A stretch of 64,000 nucleotides of DNA, taken from an uncultured Gemmatimonadales bacterium (GTDB taxonomy: Bacteria > Gemmatimonadota > Gemmatimonadetes > Longimicrobiales > Longimicrobiaceae). The stretch covers positions 7,456,001-7,520,000 of the forward strand of contig OY970303.1 of NCBI GenBank assembly GCA_963716255.1. The letters run 5' to 3'. The position numbers and the translations under genes were made by a program. The stretch's first letter is position 1; the number at the start of each line of letters is the position of its first letter. Under the pieces are notes generated by a model, which saw only the letters and a program-made list of their open reading frames with translations, did not search any database and was not told the DNA's origin. Positions 23,701 to 32,700 of the stretch are shown piece after piece.

Positions 23701-26700
23701 CCCCGCCGTGCGCCAGGCGGTGGCGGCGGTGCGCGCCGACGCGGCGGGGCAGGGGAGGCTGGTGGCCTGGGTGGTGGCGGAGGACGGCGCCGCGCCGCGC
23801 CCCGCCGAGCTGCGGGAGCACGTCGGCGGGCGGCTCCCGGAGTACATGGTGCCCTCCGCGGTGGCGGTGCTCGCGGCGTTTCCGCTGACGCCGAGCGGCA
23901 AGGTGGACCGCCGCTCGCTCCCCGAGCCGGACGCGGCGGCGGGGGAGGCGGAGGACTACGCCGCCCCCGAGACGCCCACGGAGGAGGTCCTGGCGGGGAT
24001 CTTCCGGACGGTGCTCGGCGCGGAGAGGATCGGCGCGCGCGACGACTTCTTCGCGCTGGGCGGGCACTCGCTGCTGGCCACCCGCGTGATGTCGCGGGTC
24101 CGGGACGCGCTGGGGCTGGACCTCCCGCTGCGCGAGATCTTCGATGCGTCCACGGTCCGCGCCCTCGCGGCGCGGGTGGACGCGCTGCTCGGAGCGGGCG
24201 CGGCCGCGGAGGAGTCGCCGCTGCAGCGCGCGCCGCGCGACGGGCGGCTGCGGGCGGAGGGCGCCGTGCAGGCGCCCGCCCTGGTCCCGGTACTGCGGGA
24301 CCGGCCGCTCCCCGCGTCGTTCGCCCAGCAGCGGCTCTGGTTCATCGACCGGATGGAGCCCGGGAGCGCCGCCTACAACCTCCCCGCCGCGCTGCGCCTG
24401 CGCGGGCGGCTGGACGCGCGGGCGCTGCGGCGCGCCCTCGCCGGGGTGGTGCGCCGCCACGAGTCGCTGCGCACCGTCTTCGCCGAGGCCGGCGGCGAGC
24501 CCGTGCAGGTGGTCCGCCCGGCCGCGCCCGTCGCGCTCCCCGCCGTCGACCTCCTCCGCCTGTCCCCCGAGGCCCGCGCCCGCGAGGCCGCCCGCCTCGC
24601 CGCCGCCGAGGCGCTGCGCCCCTTCGACCTTGCCGCCGGGCCGCTGCTGCGTGCCTCGCTGCTCCGCCTGGACGCGGAGACATGGGCGCTCCTCTTCAGC
24701 ATGCACCACGTCGTCGCCGACGGGTGGAGCGTGGGCGTCCTGGTGCGCGAGGTGTCCGCGCTGTACACGGCGTTCTCGCGCGGCGCATCGTCGCCGCTCC
24801 CCCCGCTCCCGGTGCAGTACGCCGACTACGCGGCGTGGCAGCGGGGGTGGCTCACCGGGGCCGCGCTGGACGCGCAGGTCGCCTGGTGGCGGGAGCGCCT
24901 GGCGGGTGCGCCGCCGCTCCTGGAGCTGCCCACGGACCGGCCGCGCCCCGCCACGCAGGACGGCGCCGGGGCGTCGGTGCCCTTCGCGCTCGGCGCCGGG
25001 GCCGCGGGGGCGCTGCGGGCGCTCGCCCGCGAGGAGGGGGCGACGATGTTCATGGCGCTGCTGGCGGGGTGGCAGCTCCTCCTGTCGCGCTGGTCCGGCC
25101 AGGACGACGTGAGCGTCGGCACGCCCATCGCCGGACGCAACCGGGTGGAGACGGAGGGGCTGATCGGCTTCTTCGTCAACACGCTGGTGATGCGCGCCGA
25201 CCTGTCCGGCGCCCCGTCGTTCCGCGCGCTGCTGGGGCGGGCGAGGGAAGGCACGCTGGGGGCGTACCACCACCAGGAGGTGCCCTTCGAAAAGCTGGTG
25301 GAGGAGCTGGCGCCGGCCCGCAGCCTCCGCCACGCGCCGCTCTTCCAGGTGATGTTCGCGATGACCGCGAACGCCCTGGGCGAGCTGCGCATGGGCGACC
25401 TGGAGACGGAGCCGCTGGGGGTGGGCGACCCGCCCGCCAAGTTCGACCTCAACCTGGAGCTCGGCGACGGGGAAGGCGGGGTGGGCGGGGCGCTGTCGTA
25501 CCGGGCGGAGCTGTGGGAGCGGGCCACCGTGGAGCGGATGGCCGGCCACCTGGCTGCGCTGCTGGAGGGCGTCGCGGCGGACCCGGACCGTCCCGCGGCG
25601 GAGGTCCCCTTCCTGGGCGCGGCCGAAAGGTCGCGGGTGCTGGAGGAGTGGAACGCGACGCAGCGGCCCTACCCGGCCGGGCCGTGCGTGCACGACCTGT
25701 TCGCCGCGCAGGCGCGGCGCACGCCCGCCGCCGTCGCCATCTCCCACCGCGGCGAGACGGTCACCTACGCGGAGCTGGACCGGCGCTCCGCGCGCCTGGC
25801 GAACGCGCTGCGCCGCCGCGGCGTGGGGCCGGAGACGCGCGTGGGGATCTGCCTGGAACGCACGCCGGAGCTGGCCGTGGCGATGCTGGGCGTGCTGCGC
25901 GCGGGAGGGGCGTACGTGCCGCTGGACCCCGCGTACCCGCCCGCGCGAACCGCCGGGATGCTGGAGGACGCCGGGGTCCGCCTGGTCGTCGCCGCGTCGG
26001 CGCTCGCCGGCCGGGTCCCCGCGGGCGCGGCCGGGCTGTTCCTGGTGGACGAGGAGCGCGAGGCGCTTCTGGCCGAGCCGGACACGGCGCCGGAGAGCGG
26101 CGCCACCGCGGAGAACCTGTCGCACGTCATCTTCACCTCGGGATCCACGGGGCGCCCCAAGGGGGTCATGGTGCGCCACTCGTCCGTGGTCGTGCTGCTG
26201 CACTGGCTGCGCGAGACGGTTGCCGACGAGGAGCGCGCGGGCGCGCTCTGGTCCACCTCCGCGAGCTTCGACGTGTCGGTGGCCGAGGTGTTCGGCACGC
26301 TCTGCTGGGGCGGCAGGCTGGTGCTGGTGGAGAACGCGCTGGAGCTGGCCACGGTCCGGGAGCCCGTCGTGGCCGCCGGCATGGTCCCCAGCGCCGCGGC
26401 CGAGCTGCTGCGCTCCGGCGGGATCCCGGCGGGGCTGAGGACGCTGAACCTGGCCGGCGAGGCGCTGCCGGAGGCGCTCGCGCGGGGGCTCCACGCCCTC
26501 GGCACCGTGGCGGTCCTCCGCAACCTCTACGGGCCCACCGAGGACACCACGTACTCCACCTGGGCTCTGGTCGGCCGCGGAGCGGAGCGCGTTTCCATCG
26601 GCAGGCCGGTGGCGAACACGCGGGCGTACGTGCTGGACGACCGCCACCAGCCCGTCCCCGTGGGCGTCGCGGGCGAGCTGTACCTGGCCGGCGACGGGCT

Positions 26701-29700
26701 GGCGCGCGGCTACGTGGGGCGCCCCGAGCTGACGGCCGAGCGCTTCGTCCCGGACCCGTTCGGCGAGCCGGGGAGCCGCATGTACCGGGTGATGGACCGC
26801 GTGCGCTGGCTGGCGGGCGGCGAGCTGGAGTACCTGGGCCGCGCGGACCAGCAGGTCAAGGTGCGCGGCTTCCGCGTGGAGCCCGGCGAGGTCGAGGCGA
26901 CGCTGGGGCGGCACCCGTCCGTTCTGGAGGCGGTCGTCGTGGCGCGGGAGGACGCGCCCGGGGACCGCCGGCTGGTGGCCTACGTCGTCCCCGCCGCGGG
27001 CGCCGCCGCCGTGCCCGCGGAGCTGCGCGCGTTCGCGGGCGAGCACCTGCCGGCGTACATGGTGCCCGCGGCCGTGGTGGTGCTGGAGGGGCTGCCGCTC
27101 TCCTCCAACGGCAAGATCGACCGCGCGGCGCTCCCTGCCCCCGAGTGGACGGCCGCGGCGGACGCCTTCGTGGCGCCGCGGACCCCCACCGAGACGACGC
27201 TGGCCGGGATCTGGGCCAGGGTGCTGGGGGTGGAGCGCGTGGGCGCGGACGACGACTTCTTCGCGCTGGGCGGGCACTCGCTGCTCGCGACGCGCGTGGT
27301 CTCGCAGATCCGCGACGTGATGGGCGTGGAGGTGCCGCTGCGGACCGCCTTCGAGGCTCCCACCGTGGCCGCGCTCGCGGCGCGCGTGGACTCGCTTCGC
27401 GGAGCGGGGGCGGCCGCCAGGGAGTCGACGCTGGTGCGCTTCGCGCGCGAGCGCCGCCTCCGGACGGAGGCGGGCGCCGCGCAGGCGGCGCCTCCCGCCG
27501 TGGTTCCCGCGCCCGCGCCGTCGCCTGCGCCCGTCCCGGCCCCCGCGGCCGGGTCGCCGCCGCCGCTCGTCCCGGTCCCCCGGGACGGGTCGCCGCTGCC
27601 GGTGTCGTTCGCGCAGCAGCGGCTCTGGCTCCTGCAGCAGTTGGACCCGCGGAGCGCCGCCTACAACATGGCCTTCGCGCTCCGGGTGCGCGGGCGGCTG
27701 GACCCGGGCGTGCTGGAGGCGGCGGTCTCGGAGATCGTCCGCCGGCACGAGACGCTGCGCACGGTCTTCCCGGAGTCGGACGGCCGGCCGGTGCAGGTGA
27801 TCCGCGCCCCTGCGCCCTTCGCGGTCCCGCGGACGGACCTGCGCGCGCTCCCGGAGGCCGCCCGCGCCCACGAGGCCCGGCGGCTGGCGGGCGAGGAGGC
27901 GCTGCGCCCCTTCGACCTGGCCGCGGGGCCGCTGCTGCGCGTGCGCGTCGTGCGGCTGGACGGGGAGGAGTGGGCGCTGCTCTTCACCCTTCACCACGTG
28001 GTGGGCGACGGGTGGAGCCTGGGCGTGATCGTCCGCGAGCTGTCGGAGCTGTACGGCGCCCTGGCGGAGGGGCGCGCGCCGGTCCTCCCGCCGCTCCCGG
28101 TGCAGTACGCCGACTACGCCGTCTGGCAGCGCGGCTGGCTCGTGGGCGCGACGCTGGAGGCGCAGCTCGCCTTCTGGCGCGAGCAGCTGCGGGGCGCCCC
28201 GCAGCTCCTGGAGATCCCGACGGACCGCCCCCGCCTCCACGCGGGCGGCGACCGGGGGGAAACGCGCGCCTTTTCGCTGGCCGGCGCCACGCCGGCCGCG
28301 CTGCGGGCGCTCGCCCGCCGCGAGGGCGCGACGCTGTTCATGTCGCTGCTCGCCGCGTGGCAGCTCCTGCTGGGCCGCTGGGCCGGCCAGGACGACGTGT
28401 GCGTGGGCACCCCGGTGGCCGGCCGCGCGCGTGTGCAGACGGAGCCGCTGATCGGCTTCTTCGTCAACACGCTGGTGATGCGCGCCGACCTGTCCTGCAC
28501 GGAACGGCTCACCTTCGCCGGGCTGCTGCGCCAGGTCCGCGAGACCGCGCTCGGCGCCTACGCCCACCAGGACCTCCCCTTCGAGCGCCTGGTGGAGGAG
28601 CTCGCCCCGGAGCGCGGCGCGGGCCGCTCGCCGCTCTTCCAGGTGGTGTTCTCGCTGCTGACGGTCGAGATGGGCGCGCCGCGGATGGGCGGGGCGCGGA
28701 TGGAGCCGCTGCCCCGCGACGCGGAGCCGGCGCGCTTCGACCTCAGCCTCACCGTCGCCGCCGACGAGGGAAAGCTCGCCGGCACGCTCCTCTTCCGCAC
28801 CGACCTGTTCGACGGCGCGACGGTCGAGCGGATGCTCGGCCACTACGCCACCCTGCTCGCCGCGCTCGCCGCCGATCCCGACGCGCCGGTCGGCCGGGCC
28901 GACATGCTTTCCGCCGCCGAGCGCGCGCAGCTCCTGCACGCCTGGAACGACACCGCCGCCGACCTCCCGCGCGGCCTCGTCCACGAGAGGATCGCGCAGC
29001 AGGCCGCGCGCACGCCGCACGCCCCCGCCGTCCTGTTCCGCGAGCGCACCCTCACCTATGCCGAGCTGGAGCGCGACGCCGGCCGGCTCGCGCGCCGCCT
29101 GCGCGACGCGGGCGTGCGGGTGGACGACCGCGTGGGGATCCTCCTGGAGCGCGGCGAGGCGCTGGTGGTCGCGGTGCTCGGCATCCTCAAGGCCGGCGCC
29201 GCGTACGTCGCGCTGGATCCCGGCCACCCGGACGAGCGCCTGCGCTTCGTGCTCGCCGACGCCGCGGCCTCCGCGGTGGTCGCCACCCCCGAGCTGTCGC
29301 CGCGGCTGGCGGGGTTCGCGGGGGCGGTGGTGTGCCCCGGGTCCCCCCTCCCCCAGGCCCCCTCCCCCGCAAGGGGGGAGGGGGGTCCCGCCATCGCGCC
29401 GGAGCCCCCCGTCGACCCCGACAACCTGGCGTACGTCATCTACACCTCCGGCTCCACCGGCACCCCCAAGGGCGTACTGGCGACCCACCGCGGCCTCGCC
29501 AACTACCTGGCCTGGTTCAACCGCGAGGTGCTGGGCGAGGACGGCTTCGCCCTGCCGCTGGTCTCGCGGCTCAGCTTCGACGCGCACGTGCGGCAGCTCT
29601 TCCCGCCGCTGCTGCGCGGCGAGCCCGTGTGGGTGCTCCCCGAGGAGACCGCGGCCGATCCCGCGGCGCTGCTGGCCGCGCTGTCGGCGCGCGGGCGCGT

Positions 29701-32700
29701 GTCGTTCGGCGGGGTGCCGGCGCTGTGGAGCGCCATGCTGGAACGGGTGCGCACCGGCGAGGCGCCGAAGCCGGCGGGATTGAAGGCGGTGCTGCTGGGC
29801 GGGGAGGCGCTGTCGGCGGAGCTGGTGGAGCGGACGCGGGCGCTCTTCCCGGGCGCGGCGGTGTGGAACCACTACGGGCCCACCGAGGCGACGGTCAACA
29901 CCACGGTGGCGCGGGTGGACGGGGCGGAGCGCGTGGGGATCGGGCGGCCGATCGCCAACGTGCGCGTGTACCTGCTGGACCGGCGCGGCGAGCCGGTACC
30001 GGTGGGGGTGGCGGGGGAGCTGTACGTGGGCGGCGCCGGGGTGGCGCGCGGCTACCTGGGGCGGCCGGCGCTGACCGCCGGGAGCTTCCTCCCGGATCCT
30101 TTCGCGGGGGAGGCGGGCGCGCGGATGTACCGCTCGGGCGACCGGGCGCGGTGGCTGGCGTCGGGGGAGCTGGACTACGTGGGGCGGACCGACGACCAGG
30201 TCAAGGTGCGCGGCTTCCGCATCGAGCCCGGCGAGATCGAGGCCGCGCTGGAGCGGCACCCGGCGGTGCGCGAGGCCGTGGTGGCGGTGCGGGGCGAGCG
30301 GCTGGTGGGCTGGGTCGTGGCGGAGCAGGACGCCGAGCCCTCCCCCGCGGAGCTGCGCGCCTGGCTCGCGGACCGGCTCCCGGAATACATGGTCCCCGCG
30401 GCCGTGGCGGTGCTCGCCTCGCTGCCGCTCTCGCCCAACGGCAAGACGGACCGGCGGGCGCTCCCGGACCCGGAGCCCGCGGCCGGCGGCGCGCCGTTCG
30501 TCGCGCCGCGCACCGCGGCGGAGGAGGCGGTCGCGGCGGCCTTCGCGGAGGTACTGCAGGCGACGCGTATCGGAGCGGGGGACGACTTCTTCGCGCTGGG
30601 CGGGCACTCGCTGCTCGCCGCGCGGGTGGTGTCGCGCGTCCGCGCGGCGCTGGGCGTGGAGCTGCCGCTGCGGGCGGTCTTCGAGGCGCCCACCGTGGGC
30701 GGGCTCGCGGAGCGGGTGGACGCCCTGGTGCTCGCCGGCGACGGGCTCCGGGCGCCGCCGCTCGTCCCCGTGCCGCGCGAGCCGGGCCGCCCGCTGCCGC
30801 TTTCCTTCGCGCAGCAGCGGCTCTGGCTGGTGGACCGCATCGCGCCGGGATCGTCCGCGTACAACATGCCGTACGGGCTGCGCCTGCGCGGCGCGCCGGA
30901 CGCGCGGCTGCTGGAGCGCAGCCTGGGCGAGGTGGTGCGGCGCCACGAGTCGCTGCGCACCGTGTTCGCCCTGGTGGACGGCGAGCCGGTGCAGACCATC
31001 CGCCCGCCGGGGCCCGTCCGCCTCCCGGCCGTGGAGCTGCGCGCCCTGCGCCCCGCCGACCGCGAGCGCGAGCTGCGCCGCCTGGCCGCCGCCGAGGCTG
31101 CGCGGCCGTTCGACCTGGCGCGCGGGCCGCTCCTCCGCCCGCTGCTCGCGTGGACGGGGGCGGACGAGTGCGCGCTCCTGTTCACGCTGCACCACGTGGT
31201 CGCCGACGCGTGGAGCATGGACGTGCTGGTGCGCGAGGTGTCCGCGGCGTACGCCGCCTTCGCGGAGGGGCGCCCCTCGCCGCTGGCCCCGCTCCCGGTG
31301 CAGTACACCGACTTCGCGGTGTGGCAGCGGGAGTGGCTGAGCGGCGAAGTGCTGGAGGCGCAGCTCGCCTGGTGGCGCGCGCGGCTGGACGGCGCGCCGC
31401 CCGTGCTGGACCTCCCCGTCGACCGCCCGCGCCCGGCCGCCGCCGATCCCCGCGCCGCGGCCGTGGGCTTCGCCGTCCCCGCCGGTGTGGCGCGCGGGGT
31501 GCGGGCGCTCGCCCGGAGCGAGGGCGCGACGCCGTTCATGGCGCATCTGGCCGCCTCCGCGGCGATGCTGGCGCGCTGGTCCGGCCAGGACGACGTGGTG
31601 GTGGGCACGCCGGTGGCGGGGCGCACGCACGCCGAGCTGGAGGGGCTGATCGGCTTCTTCGTCAACACGCTGGCGCTGCGCACCCAGCTCGGCGGCGCCC
31701 CAACGCTCCGGGAGCTGGTGGGGCGCGCGCGGGAATCGCTGCTGGGCGCCCAGGCCCACGCCGACCTCCCCTTCGAGCGGCTGGTGGAGGCGCTGTCCCC
31801 CGAGCGCAGCCTCGGCCACACCCCCGTCTTCCAGGCCACCGTCGCGCTGCTCGACGATGCCGGCCGCGAGCTGCGGCTGGGCCCGGCGCGGGTGGAGCCG
31901 CTGGCCACGGGCGAGCCCCCCGCCAAGTTCGACCTGGCGCTCACCTTCCGCGACGAGGGCGAGGCGGTGCGCGGCGTCCTCGCCTGGCGCGCCGAGCTGT
32001 GGGAGGAGGCCACGGCGGCGCGCATGGCCGCCCACGTCCAGGCGTTCCTCGGCGCCATGGCGGCGGACCCGGAGCGCCGCGTCGCGGACGTGGAGCTGCT
32101 GTCCGCGGCGGAGCGGGAGCAGCTCGCGCGCTGGAGCGACGGCGGCGCCGTCCCTCCCGCGGACGCGTGCGTGCACGACCTGTTCGCGGCGCAGGCGGCG
32201 CGCACCCCGGACGCGGTCGCGCTGGTGAGCGGCGGCGAATCGCTTACGTACGCGGAGCTGGAGCGCCGCGCCGGCCGCCTGGCGGCCGCGCTGCGGCGGC
32301 GCGGCGTGGGCCCGGAGGTGCGGGTGGGGGTGATGCTGGAGCGCACGCCGGAGCTGGTGGCGGCGCTGCTCGCCGTGCTCGTGGCCGGCGGCGCGTACGT
32401 CCCCCTGGACCCGGCGCTGCCGCCGGAGCGCCTGGGGTGGATGCTGGAGGACGCGGAGGCCGGGCGGGTGCTGACCACCTCCGCCCTCGCGGGGCGCCTG
32501 CCGGCCGGGAGCGCCGCGGCGATTCCCCTCGACGCGCTGCGGGACGAGATCGAGGCGGAGGGAGCCGGGGCGCCGGCCAGCGGCGTGCTCCCCGAGAACC
32601 TGTCGCACGTCATCTTCACCTCCGGCTCCACCGGGCGCCCCAAGGGCGTGATGATCCGGCACCGGAGCGTGGCCGCGCGGGTCCGCTGGCTGCGGGACTT

